A stretch of 64,000 nucleotides of DNA, from positions 1-64,000 of the forward strand of contig JBGPIA010000011.1 in the NCBI GenBank assembly GCA_041484665.1, in the 5' to 3' direction. Under the pieces are notes generated by a model. That model was not told where the DNA came from, searched no databases, and saw nothing but the letters and a program-made list of their open reading frames with translations. The stretch is from Candidatus Krumholzibacteriia bacterium (GTDB taxonomy: Bacteria; Krumholzibacteriota; Krumholzibacteriia; JAJRXK01). How positions within the stretch are numbered: the first letter of the stretch is position 1; the number at the start of each line of letters is the position of its first letter. Positions 27,300 through 36,400 of this stretch are shown here, piece after piece. The translations under genes and the position numbers were made by a program.

Positions 27300-29034
27300 C
27301 GCCCTTTCCTGCGGGCCCCACCGTCAGGTTGGCGGACACCGCCTGCGCCTTCCCCGAGGGCCACAGGATCTCGGCGCGCTCCACGCTCTCCTTGGGTCCC
27401 AGGGCAAAGGCGAGGATGGGCTCGCTGCAGCTCAGATAGCCCGAGCCGAGCTTGAGCGTCTGGTAGCGCCAGCCGCCCCCGATCCAGGCGCGCACCTTCG
27501 CCCCCGCTGGGATGCGGGGAGAGCGCGTGCCGGTGAGCTTCACGCGCAGAACGCGTGCGCCCGACAGCTCGGTGCGCAGCAGCACCGGCAGGCCGCCGTT
27601 CTGCGTGACGACCAGATCGCTGTCGCCATCCTCGTCGAAGTCGCCGTAGGCGAGCCCGCGCCCGGCCAGGGGCGTGTCGGGAGCCACCTGCTCGGTCCGT
27701 GCGAAGGACACGCCCGCGAGATTGCGATAGACGCGCAAGGGCTGTCGGTAGCGCTGCGTCGGCTTGAAGGTCTTGATGTCGGGCTCGAGGTGCCCGTTGG
27801 CGGTCACCAGGTCGGGCCAGCCGTCCAGGTCGAGGTCCACGAACAGCACGCTGAAGCTCTGGTCGTCCTGGCTGGCCTGCGTGAGCCCCAGGGTGGCCGA
27901 CTCCTCGGTCAGGCGCCGGTCGCCGAGATTGCGGTACACCAGCAGCGGCTCGCCCGCGGCCGTCCCGATGGCGATGCCGAAGATCCCGTCGCGGTGGTAA
28001 TCGGCGGCGTCGACGCCCAGGCCGCCGCGCGGCGATCCCTGCATGCCCATCGAGATCCCCGCGCTCGCGCCGATCTCCTCGAACGGCGCCCCGTTCGTCA
28101 GGTTGCGCAGCAGCAGATTGGGTGTGGTGTCGCCGGCCACCAACAGGTCCGTCCAGGCGTCGGCGTCGCAGTCGAAGGCCAGTACGCCGAGCGCCTTGGC
28201 CGGCATCCCCACACCGGCCAGCAGTGTGACGTTCTCGAAGCGGCGCACGCCCGCGCCGCGCAGCAGCACGCACGAGAGGCTCTGGTAGATCTGGGGCGTG
28301 CAGTAGGCCTTGGTCTTCCCGTCGAACGTGCACCATTGGTCGGACTGAGGCGACCATTTCACGAAACGCCCCACGAAGATGTCCATCTGCCCGTCGGCGT
28401 CGTAGTCGAGCAGCGCGACGCTCGTGCACCAGCCGTCGACCAGGGGCGCCTCCTTGGCGCCGGCGAAGGTGCCGTCGCCCCAGCCCCACAGCACCCGCAC
28501 CCCGTCGATCGCCGTGAGCACCAGGTCGACGTGGCCGTCGCGGTCGAGGTCCGCCGCCGCTCCGCCCATCCCGTAGATGCCCTCGGGGAGCCCTGCGCCG
28601 ACGGTGGCGTCGCGGAAGGTGAAATCGCCGCGCCCCAGGTAGAGGCGCGGGCGCTCGCCGGCCTTGGCGCCATCCCAACCGTGCCCGTCGAGGAACAGCA
28701 GGTCGAGATGCCCGTCCTCGTTCGCGTCGAGCACGATCACGCCCGCGCCCATGGTCTCGGGCAGCCAGCGCTTGCCGGCGGCCCCGGTGTGGTGGACGAA
28801 ATCGACTCCGCTGCGGGAGGTCACATCGACCAGGTGTGCGGCGAAGGCCGATCGGACCTCGACGGGGTCATCGAGGGGAGCATCGGAGGCAGGCTCGAAG
28901 AGAGCATCGGAGCGAGCATCCGCGCCGGCGCGGGCCCCTGGCTCGCGCGCAACGGCCGGCAACGCCAGAACGGCCGGCAAGGCCAGCAGGGTCAGCCAGG
29001 CCATCCAGGACAAGAGCAGGATCTTGTTGCGCAT
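27262..29034 (-). CDS. CRTAC1-like FG-GAP repeat plus ASPIC/UnbV protein
   Basis: PETMGAGV, repeated DxDxDG.xDL motifs, GRGLAYGDFDEDGD and GSGYLS..E...F.LG. Confidence 0.88.
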   Translation of the reverse strand: MRNKILLLSWMAWLTLLALPAVLALPAVAREPGARAGADARSDALFEPASDAPLDDPVEVRSAFAAHLVDVTSRSGVDFVHHTGAAGKRWLPETMGAGVIVLDANEDGHLDLLFLDGHGWDGAKAGERPRLYLGRGDFTFRDATVGAGLPEGIYGMGGAAADLDRDGHVDLVLTAIDGVRVLWGWGDGTFAGAKEAPLVDGWCTSVALLDYDADGQMDIFVGRFVKWSPQSDQWCTFDGKTKAYCTPQIYQSLSCVLLRGAGVRRFENVTLLAGVGMPAKALGVLAFDCDADAWTDLLVAGDTTPNLLLRNLTNGAPFEEIGASAGISMGMQGSPRGGLGVDAADYHRDGIFGIAIGTAAGEPLLVYRNLGDRRLTEESATLGLTQASQDDQSFSVLFVDLDLDGWPDLVTANGHLEPDIKTFKPTQRYRQPLRVYRNLAGVSFARTEQVAPDTPLAGRGLAYGDFDEDGDSDLVVTQNGGLPVLLRTELSGARVLRVKLTGTRSPRIPAGAKVRAWIGGGWRYQTLKLGSGYLSCSEPILAFALGPKESVERAEILWPSGKAQAVSANLTVGPAGKGVTARVVEWVEEP

Positions 29035-29187
29035 GGGGTGCAGCCGCGGGCCTTTCTCGGAGCCTGTGTGGGGCGCGGCCAGTTTAGCCCAAAGCGCCCA
29101 GCCGTGCGCCGGTCGACCCGCAATCAACGCCGCCCCACGCACCCTGGGCGTTGCGCCCGCCGCGTCCGACGGTACATCATGGGCTCC

Positions 29188-31260
29188 ATGAGAACGTTTC
29201 TGTCAATCCTGGCTGAGCGGCCCGTCCTGTTCGACGGCGCCATCGGCACCGAGCTTTACCGGCGCGGCGTGTTCCTCACGAGCAACTTCGAGGAGCTCTG
29301 CCTCAGCCGCCGCAGCCTGGTGCTGGAGGTCCACCGCGACTACCACCGGGCCGGTGCCGAGGTGATGACCACCAACAGCTACGGAGCCAACCGCTTCCGG
29401 CTGGAGCACTTCGGCCTGGCCGGCAAGGTGGCGGAGATCAACCGCACGGCCGCGGCTCTGGCGCGGGAGGCCGCTGGTCCCGGGGTATGGGTGGCCGGCT
29501 CGCTGGGCCCGACCGGGCTCGACCCGGCGTCGTTCCTGGGCGCGGGCGCGGCGAAGGTCGAAGAAACCTTTGCCGAGCAGATCCAGGCGCTCGTCGAGGG
29601 CGGCGTCGATCTGATCCTGTGCGAGACCTTCGGGCAGCTGGCCGAGATGCAGATCGTGCTGCGCGTTGCCAAGCGGGTGGCGGGGGGCCTGCCGTTGCTC
29701 GCCACCATGCGCTTCGAGACCAACGAGCGACTGCCCGACCACAGCCCGCCCGAGGCGGTCGCCGAGGCGCTGAAAGGCTGGGGCGCCGATGTCATCGGGG
29801 TGAACTGCGGCGACGGGCCGGGGCTGGCGTTTCGCGTGGCGGAGAAGATGCTCGGCCACGGCCTGCCCGTGATGGCGCAGCCCAACGCGGGCACGCCCGA
29901 GGAGCTCGAGGGCCGCACGATCTACGTGGCGAACCCCGAATACTTCGGCGTATTCGGGCGCCGCATGCTCAAGGCGGGCATCCGCATCGTCGGCGGCTGC
30001 TGCGGCACCACGCCCGACCACATCCGGCGCATGCGCGGCGCCGTGCGCATGATGGGTGGGGCCATCCGCGTGGCGCGCGATCCGGCCGATGCGGGCGGCC
30101 CCGTGGCGCTGGCCGAGCAGGAGACGGCCGAGCTCTCCGATGCGGCGGCCGCCGCGGCCCGCGCAAGCGGCGCAGGCGGTGCGGGCGCTGCGAGCGGCGC
30201 AGGCGGGGCACGCGGTGCCGCCGGCGATGGCGGCGCAGCGGTATCCGTGCGCGACATCGAGACCAGCCGGATGCCGCGCGCTCCACTGGCGCAGCACAGC
30301 GAGCTGGCACGCAAGATCGCTGCCGGCAAGTTCGTGGTGAGCGTCGAGGTCAACCCCGAGCCGGGAATGGACCCGGGCAAACCCCTGGCCGCCGCGCGCA
30401 TGCTGCGTGACGCCGGGATCGACGTCATCAACATCGCGGATGGCCCGCGCGCCACGGTGCGCATGAGCAACTTGTCCCTGGCGCTGTTGGTGCAACGCGA
30501 GGTGCAGATGGAGGTGTTGCTGCACGTCTGCTGCCGCGACCGCAATCTGCTGGCGCTGCAGGCGGATATCCTCGGAGCCCACGTGCTGGGGATCCGCAAC
30601 CTGGTGATCATCACGGGCGACCCACCCAAGGTGGGTGATTATCCGGACGCCACGGCGGTCTACGATCTCGACTCGGTGGGGCTGCTGAAGTGGGTCGACG
30701 GCTACAACCACGGCGTCGACCCGGCCGGCAAGGAGATGAGCGAGCCCACCCGCTTCTGGGTCGCCACGGGCTTCGAGCCCGCTGCGCTGGACTACGACCG
30801 CGAAGTGCGCCGTCTGGAGCAGAAGGTGGCCAACGGCGCGGACTTCGTCATGACCCAGCCGGTGTACGACCCCAAGCTGGTGGAGCGGTTCCTGACCGAC
30901 ATCGCCCACGTGCAGCGGCCCGTGCTGCTGGGCTTGTTGCCGCTAGCCAGTTGGCGCAACGCGGAGTTCCTCAACGCCGAGGTGCCGGGAATCGTGATCC
31001 CCGAGCAGACCCGCACGCGGATGAAGGCCGCGGGCTCGGGGCCGTCCGCGCGGGCCGAGGGCGTGAAGATCGCTCAGGAAATGCTGCTGGCCGCGCGCGG
31101 GCGCGTCCAGGGCGCCTACATCATGCCGCCCCTGGGCCGCTACGAGATGGCTCCGCAGATCCTGGAATGCATGGGGGAGGCGTGGAAGCGGTGGCCGCTG
31201 GACGCGGGCGGGGACGGCGGAGCCGGTGGGGGGCCCGTCCAGGCGGTGCGGCCGACCTGA
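29188..31260 (+). CDS. yitJ: Bifunctional homocysteine S-methyltransferase / methylenetetrahydrofolate reductase
   Basis: FDGAIGTEL, GVNC, PNAG and GGCCGTTPDHI motifs. MTHFR half has INIADGPRA, CRDRN, ITGDPP and MTQPVYD. Confidence 0.92.
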   Translation: MRTFLSILAERPVLFDGAIGTELYRRGVFLTSNFEELCLSRRSLVLEVHRDYHRAGAEVMTTNSYGANRFRLEHFGLAGKVAEINRTAAALAREAAGPGVWVAGSLGPTGLDPASFLGAGAAKVEETFAEQIQALVEGGVDLILCETFGQLAEMQIVLRVAKRVAGGLPLLATMRFETNERLPDHSPPEAVAEALKGWGADVIGVNCGDGPGLAFRVAEKMLGHGLPVMAQPNAGTPEELEGRTIYVANPEYFGVFGRRMLKAGIRIVGGCCGTTPDHIRRMRGAVRMMGGAIRVARDPADAGGPVALAEQETAELSDAAAAAARASGAGGAGAASGAGGARGAAGDGGAAVSVRDIETSRMPRAPLAQHSELARKIAAGKFVVSVEVNPEPGMDPGKPLAAARMLRDAGIDVINIADGPRATVRMSNLSLALLVQREVQMEVLLHVCCRDRNLLALQADILGAHVLGIRNLVIITGDPPKVGDYPDATAVYDLDSVGLLKWVDGYNHGVDPAGKEMSEPTRFWVATGFEPAALDYDREVRRLEQKVANGADFVMTQPVYDPKLVERFLTDIAHVQRPVLLGLLPLASWRNAEFLNAEVPGIVIPEQTRTRMKAAGSGPSARAEGVKIAQEMLLAARGRVQGAYIMPPLGRYEMAPQILECMGEAWKRWPLDAGGDGGAGGGPVQAVRPT

Positions 31261-31368
31261 CGGGCGCGGGCGGCGCTGGCCGACCTGGGAGCGGGCCGGC
31301 CAGCAGCAGCTCGATCAGCCCCAGCTAGCAGGCCTGCCGCGTTCAGGGAGGCGGGGGCAAGAAAGTGG

Positions 31369-33081
31369 CTACCGGCCTGGCGTCGGCAGGCGTTCCAGCA
31401 CGACGTCGTCGAACAGGCCCGCGCCGCCGACCGTGATTTCGGCCCCCAGCGCCGACAACACCACCCACAGCGAATCCCCTGCGCTGGTCGAGGCGGTGGT
31501 CGTGAGCGAAACCCGATTCCACTCGGGATCGGAGCTCCAAGCCCTCTCGGAGCTCCATGTGCCCGAGGTCAGGTACATCATGCCGCCGCCAGGCATCCCG
31601 ACCGCGCGCATCCGGGCGGACAGGCGCAACGTCTCCCCGTTCTGCACGCCGCCGACCGCAGCCCGAACGAATCCGCTTGGGGGGAGCCAGTCCGCGTCCA
31701 GCTTCAGAGCCCACGATCCGTCGCCGGGAGCCGGTTCGAACACCAACGACGTGAGCGCCGGGTTGGCCACCTGCCACCCCCGCAGCGTCGGCTGACCGTT
31801 GCGCTCGAAGGTGCCATTGGAGAGCAGGTTTCCCGTGTTCGGCGGCCCCCAGGTGTACAGGAACTCGTGCTCGGCGCCCTGGAAGTCGGAAAAGCGCAGC
31901 CGCACCGGCCCGGTTTGTCCATACGCGTGCTCGAATGCCTCGCGCAGCGGCGTGAGGTCGAACAAGAGCGTGCGCTCGAACTCGGCCGGGCAGTCCTCGC
32001 CGTGCCGATCGTGTGCCAGCAGCAGCTTGGCCTGCACGGGGTTCGATTCCATGAACCCGCCCACCATGTACAGCGTGAAGCCGTGGTCGGGGCCGCAACC
32101 GGTGAATCCAACCCGCAGCGTCATCACATCGCCGGTCAGCTCGATGGCAAGCAGATGGTAGGAGTCCTGGTGGATCTGCTCCGGCGGCAGGTCGGTGAGC
32201 ACCACGGGCTGCGGAAACTCCCCAAGGGGTCCGACGTGCGCGCCGAAGTCCGCGTGCAAGAAGCTGCGCGGTGCGCCGTTCTCGTCCGGGGTCAGCACCA
32301 CCTGCAGCGGGTTGGTCGTCGTGACCACGACCTCGCAGCGGCAGCGCAGCAAGGGTGGCTGGTAGGTCAGCGTGTACAGGCCCACGTCCTGGACCGGGAA
32401 GCTGTAGGTCCCAGAATCCACCGCGGTTGCGGTGAGCGTAATGCCGTCGGGGCGCACGACGTTCACCGTTCCATAGAATGGTCCATCGCCTGCGTCGCGC
32501 ACCCCATTGGAATTCTCGTCGCGGAAGATCGCGCCCGCGATCACCGGCGCCCCGGGCTGCACGCCAAAGGTAGCCATGGCGGCGAACGAGAAGCTCGTCA
32601 GCCCGGGAACGGAGAAATGCCAGGTCTTGCTCGCCGACAATTCGCCGGGCGAGAGCGCTCCATCGGAACCCAGCAGCGCAGAGTAGTCGAGGTCGAGCTC
32701 GAGGGCCGTGACGCTCGACGGTTGCAGTGCGCTCAATCGCACCAACGCCGGTGCGAACAGGGTCACAGTGGAGGCGTTTCGGATCGCCACGTCCAACGAG
32801 ACCGTCTCGGCGGTCGAGTCGACCACGAGATTGCTCCCGATCAACTTCACGGCCACCGGCGCCTGGCCCGGCTGGCTTGCGGGAACGCTGCGCAGCACGA
32901 AGGACGACGCGCCGGGATCCAACGCCCCCTCGAACGTAGCTTGCGCGGTCGTCTGATCTTGTGAGGTGGGGGCGGTGGATTGCGAGCAGGCGCTCAGCAC
33001 CGCCATTGCCAGGGTCGCGAGCGCGAGAATCGAGATCAGCCGAGCGAAGGGAAGGCAGGTGCGTCGCCGATCGGTGCGCAT
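31369..33081 (-). CDS. Multidomain lipoprotein (SdrD-B-like, NigD-C-like and CBM-like jelly-roll domains)
   Basis: AAGGAG RBS, lipobox LSAC, IFRDENSNGVRDAGD, GCGPDH..FMESNPVQ..L.H...C...FDL.PL and NLLSNGTFE...FDDV.L. Confidence 0.7.
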   Translation of the reverse strand: MRTDRRRTCLPFARLISILALATLAMAVLSACSQSTAPTSQDQTTAQATFEGALDPGASSFVLRSVPASQPGQAPVAVKLIGSNLVVDSTAETVSLDVAIRNASTVTLFAPALVRLSALQPSSVTALELDLDYSALLGSDGALSPGELSASKTWHFSVPGLTSFSFAAMATFGVQPGAPVIAGAIFRDENSNGVRDAGDGPFYGTVNVVRPDGITLTATAVDSGTYSFPVQDVGLYTLTYQPPLLRCRCEVVVTTTNPLQVVLTPDENGAPRSFLHADFGAHVGPLGEFPQPVVLTDLPPEQIHQDSYHLLAIELTGDVMTLRVGFTGCGPDHGFTLYMVGGFMESNPVQAKLLLAHDRHGEDCPAEFERTLLFDLTPLREAFEHAYGQTGPVRLRFSDFQGAEHEFLYTWGPPNTGNLLSNGTFERNGQPTLRGWQVANPALTSLVFEPAPGDGSWALKLDADWLPPSGFVRAAVGGVQNGETLRLSARMRAVGMPGGGMMYLTSGTWSSERAWSSDPEWNRVSLTTTASTSAGDSLWVVLSALGAEITVGGAGLFDDVVLERLPTPGR

Positions 33082-33169
33082 GGCTACGCTCCTTGGTATG
33101 GTGGAATTTTGGCTCGGACTCACTATACCCCGGCCGGGCGTCGGGCGGAAGGGGGGAACGCGCGCGAGG

Positions 33170-33267
33170 GAAGAAGGCGTGCGAAGGAAAGCGTGTGAAG
33201 GAAGGCGTGAACGGGAAGGCGTGTGCAGGACGGAGTGAGCAGGACGGACTGAGCGGGAAAGCGTGCG
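33170..33267. repeat. Seven degenerate tandem 14-bp repeats (nnGGAAGGCGTGnn), intergenic
   Basis: Units at about 33170, 33184, 33198, 33212, 33226, 33240 and 33254. Confidence 0.85.
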
Positions 33268-33368
33268 GGGAATCGCCCTGCACGCCAGCGGTTCGCCAGA
33301 GCCAGGAGCGCGGCCCGATGCGGAACCGCTGAACGCAAGGGCCGGCACCGATGCCGGCCGGCGCGCCG

Positions 33369-33397
33369 CGTCGGGGGGACTCGACGTCCCCCCGACG
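33369..33397. terminator. Perfect 12-bp GC stem-loop just downstream of the 33409..36192 gene (no U-tract)
   Basis: CGTCGGGGGGAC-tcgac-GTCCCCCCGACG. Confidence 0.55.
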
Positions 33398-33408
33398 AAA
33401 CGCTTCGA

Positions 33409-36192
33409 TCAGTGCACGATCGTCAGGCGCTTCAACCCGATGGCTTGGCCATCGACGTCCAGGCGGACGAAGTACGGCGCGGCAGAGACCGTCTGACCGT
33501 TGTTGTCGCGCGCATCCCAGCTGGTCAGGTGGTGCCCCGCGGGCAGGCGCCCCACATCGATGCGGCGCACGAGGCGGCCGGCCACGTCGTAGATCCGCAC
33601 CCCGACGGCGGCGTCGTGGGCCAGCGAGAAGGACAGCTGGCTGGCGCCCCCGGCCGGGTTGGGCCCCAGCGCCTCGAACACGGTGGTTCGCACCGAGCCG
33701 GGGGACGGAGCCGCGGTCACCCCCGTGAAGTCGAGCGTGGCAGGGAAGCTGCTGACGGCGCCGCAAGAGCTGGCGGCCACCAGTCGGTAGCCGCCGTGGT
33801 CGTTCCAGACGGCATTCGAGATCGTCAACGTCGTGGTGGTGGCTCCGCCGATCGTGGAGCCGTTCCCGGTCGGCCCGTCCGACATCGGCACGTCATTGTG
33901 GTACCACCTGTAGGTGAGCCCGCTGAAGCCGCTGGCGATCTGCGCGGTAAACGAGACGTTGTCTCCCAGTAGCGCCGTCTTCGAGAAGGGTTGCTGCGCG
34001 AACCACGGCACGCCGGTCTCCGAATACCGGCCCCAGAAGGGGGAGGTCAATGGAGCGGGACCGCCGTAATCGACGAGGCTGAACACGCCTCCCACCTCGA
34101 CCTCGTTGTTGTAGGCGCCCAGCGCGTAGACGTTGTTGTTCGTGCCGTAGTGGGTGTCGTGCCAGCTGCCGTCCCAGTACCCGATGCGGTTGACCGGGAC
34201 ACCGCCGATCGAGCCGAACTGGCCCCCGACGTACAGACGCGTGCCGTTGGCCACCAACGCGCGCACGGGGCTGTTCGTGCCTCCGGTCGAGAACGTGTAG
34301 TAGAAGAGGCCATCGTACTGAGCCAGGTCCGGAGAGCTGTTGATGCCGGGGTACTCTCCTCCGATCACCAGCCGTCCGTTGTACACCTCCAGCGCGTAGA
34401 CGTTGCCGAGGAAAAACCCCCCGACCTGGCTCCAGCTGGAGCCGTTCCAGCGCGCAAGCCCACCCGTCGAGACGCCGCCGGCCGAGGTGAAGCTGCCGCC
34501 AGCGTACAGGTAGCCGTTGTACTCCTTCAGGGCTTGGACGTAGCCGCCGGTCATGCCCGAGCCCAGCGGCTCCCACGCATCCGTGGTCTCGTTCCAGCGC
34601 GCGATGTCGTTGACCTGGGTCGCGCCGGAATAGCCGAACAGCCCGCCGGCATAGGTGTCGCCGTTGAAGCGCTCGATGGCGTAGACCTCGCCGTTGAACC
34701 CGGCGCCCATCGGCTGCCAGGCGGGCGGCGGGAACGCCAAGAGACTCTCATCCCACCGTGCGATGGAACTGGCGGCGATGCCGCCCGCGTGGATGAACGA
34801 GCCTCCTGCCACGAGCTCGTTGGAGCCGTGGATCCCTGGATACTTGAACGCCTTGAGCGCGCGGACCGGCCCGTCCACGCCCACCCCGAACGGCTGCACC
34901 GTCCCGCCGGACCAGCCCGCGATGCTGTTGGCGGTGGTCAGCGCGTCTGCGGATTGGTGGAAGTCGCCCCCCGCCACCAGGCGCCCGTTGAAGTTGGTCA
35001 TGGCCAACACGTAGTTCCCCGAGCCCCCTCCGAACGGACCCCACTCGTAACCGTCCCAGTGGGCAATGTGATTGGCGGGCCCGTCGGCATAGGTGAAGGT
35101 CCCCACGGCGACCAACTGGCCGCCGTAGGAGACGGCGCCGTAGACCGTATCGTCGGTCCCCCCGCCCAACGGCAGCCAGGTGGAGGTGCCCGGCGGCAGG
35201 AAGGCCACGTGGTTGGCGAAGTGTCCGCTGGCGCTGTTGAACACGCCGCCGATCACCAGTCCGTTGTACACGGTGATGGTGAAGATCGTACCGCCGTATG
35301 GCGATCCACTGGTGCCGCTGGTGTAGGTGTGGAACGCGCCATCCCAGCTAGCGATGTTGTTGTATGCGACTCCATTGATGGTGTTGAAACCGCCGACGGC
35401 GATCAATAGGCCGCTGAAGACGGCGAAGTCGTAGATCCCACCGGGGTCGGTTCCATCGGTGATCGCCGTCCACCCGCCGGCGTTCCCATGGGAGATCCGC
35501 AGTGCGCTCCCGGTGATGGTGGCGGCCTTGATGTAGCCGCCGACGTAGAGATCGCCGTTGTAGACGGCCAAGGCGGAAACTGCGGTGTTGGTCTGACTGC
35601 CGAATCCGGCTAGCTCCACCGCTTCCCACAGGTTGGCGGTGGAGTTCCACTTCGCGATGTAGAAAGCGTCATTGCTGCTCGAGGGGACGAAGTGGGTCAT
35701 GAAGTTCCCGCCGATATAGAGCTCCCCATTGTACACAGCCAACTCGGTCACGCTGCCGGTATTGGTCGCCGACAAGCTCTCCCACGAAGAGCCGTTCCAG
35801 CGGCGGACGGTGGAGTCGAACGTGCCCACGTTGTTGTCTCCGAGACAGCCGGCGACCACTTGCCCGTTGAACACCGTGAGGGCACCGACATCCGTCGCGA
35901 TCCCGCTTCCGAAGGGTTCCCACTGCGCGCTCTCCGGGTTGAACTGGGCAATGTGGTTGGCCGCCACGCCCCCGATGGAAGTGAACTGGCCTCCTACCAC
36001 CAGCCTGGGCGCAAGGGGACCGGCGCCGTCCGGGTCCCAGGTGATGGCTGCACCGATAGCGCCGTTCGCGCCGTTGGGCGCGTTGCCGTTGTCCAGCGGG
36101 CCGGCCCGCCACTGAGCGCACTGCGCGCGTACCTTGGTGGCGGCGTGCAGGGTACAGAGAAGCGTCAAGATCAGGGCCACTCGCGCCTTCAT
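33409..36192 (-). CDS. Secreted beta-propeller-repeat protein with Ig domain and C-terminal FlgD-Ig/T9SS-like domain (paralog A)
   Basis: Signal peptide. Many 'V.AL..y.g.LyagG.F..agg..a..iArWnGssW' blades. QQP..YRW..LTISN..GGYRLV Ig domain. PNP..IYDVAGRLVR..WDARD..YFVRL tail. Confidence 0.85.
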   Translation of the reverse strand: MKARVALILTLLCTLHAATKVRAQCAQWRAGPLDNGNAPNGANGAIGAAITWDPDGAGPLAPRLVVGGQFTSIGGVAANHIAQFNPESAQWEPFGSGIATDVGALTVFNGQVVAGCLGDNNVGTFDSTVRRWNGSSWESLSATNTGSVTELAVYNGELYIGGNFMTHFVPSSSNDAFYIAKWNSTANLWEAVELAGFGSQTNTAVSALAVYNGDLYVGGYIKAATITGSALRISHGNAGGWTAITDGTDPGGIYDFAVFSGLLIAVGGFNTINGVAYNNIASWDGAFHTYTSGTSGSPYGGTIFTITVYNGLVIGGVFNSASGHFANHVAFLPPGTSTWLPLGGGTDDTVYGAVSYGGQLVAVGTFTYADGPANHIAHWDGYEWGPFGGGSGNYVLAMTNFNGRLVAGGDFHQSADALTTANSIAGWSGGTVQPFGVGVDGPVRALKAFKYPGIHGSNELVAGGSFIHAGGIAASSIARWDESLLAFPPPAWQPMGAGFNGEVYAIERFNGDTYAGGLFGYSGATQVNDIARWNETTDAWEPLGSGMTGGYVQALKEYNGYLYAGGSFTSAGGVSTGGLARWNGSSWSQVGGFFLGNVYALEVYNGRLVIGGEYPGINSSPDLAQYDGLFYYTFSTGGTNSPVRALVANGTRLYVGGQFGSIGGVPVNRIGYWDGSWHDTHYGTNNNVYALGAYNNEVEVGGVFSLVDYGGPAPLTSPFWGRYSETGVPWFAQQPFSKTALLGDNVSFTAQIASGFSGLTYRWYHNDVPMSDGPTGNGSTIGGATTTTLTISNAVWNDHGGYRLVAASSCGAVSSFPATLDFTGVTAAPSPGSVRTTVFEALGPNPAGGASQLSFSLAHDAAVGVRIYDVAGRLVRRIDVGRLPAGHHLTSWDARDNNGQTVSAAPYFVRLDVDGQAIGLKRLTIVH

Positions 36193-36294
36193 CGGGAGTC
36201 TCCTCGAGCTCTTGGGGGTCGATCGAGCAAGTTGCGATCACTCACGGGTTGGAGGGGGGAAGGACTCGTCCGCGACACCGAGGTTACCCCCCCA

Positions 36295-36319
36295 TACGTT
36301 CGGCCTCCCCCGAGCGAAC
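36295..36319 (-). promoter_or_regulatory. GTTCGC-N14-ACGTA motif, copy 2
   Basis: Minus strand GTTCGC tcgggggaggccga ACGTA, about 100 nt upstream of ATG 36192. Confidence 0.65.
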
Positions 36320-36330
36320 GCGGGAGAAGG

Positions 36331-36389
36331 CTGTGCCCGCGCCCCCGGGGGCACAGGGTGGAAGGGGGCTGGCTCGAGCCCCCTCCACC
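36331..36389. terminator. Two adjacent GC stem-loops between the paralogs
   Basis: CTGTGCCC..GGGCACAG (36331-36356) and GGTGGAAGGGGGCT..AGCCCCCTCCACC (36357-36389). Confidence 0.5.
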
Positions 36390-36400
36390 GTGCGCTTCGA

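Noticed and set aside
27790..29187. N-terminal 466 aa of the 1156-aa ORF
   Set aside because: It is the antisense shadow of the ASPIC/UnbV gene. The real protein starts at about 29188.
33170..33267. CRISPR array (also considered at 51888-52052)
   Set aside because: Units are contiguous and degenerate with no unique spacers, and there are no cas genes.
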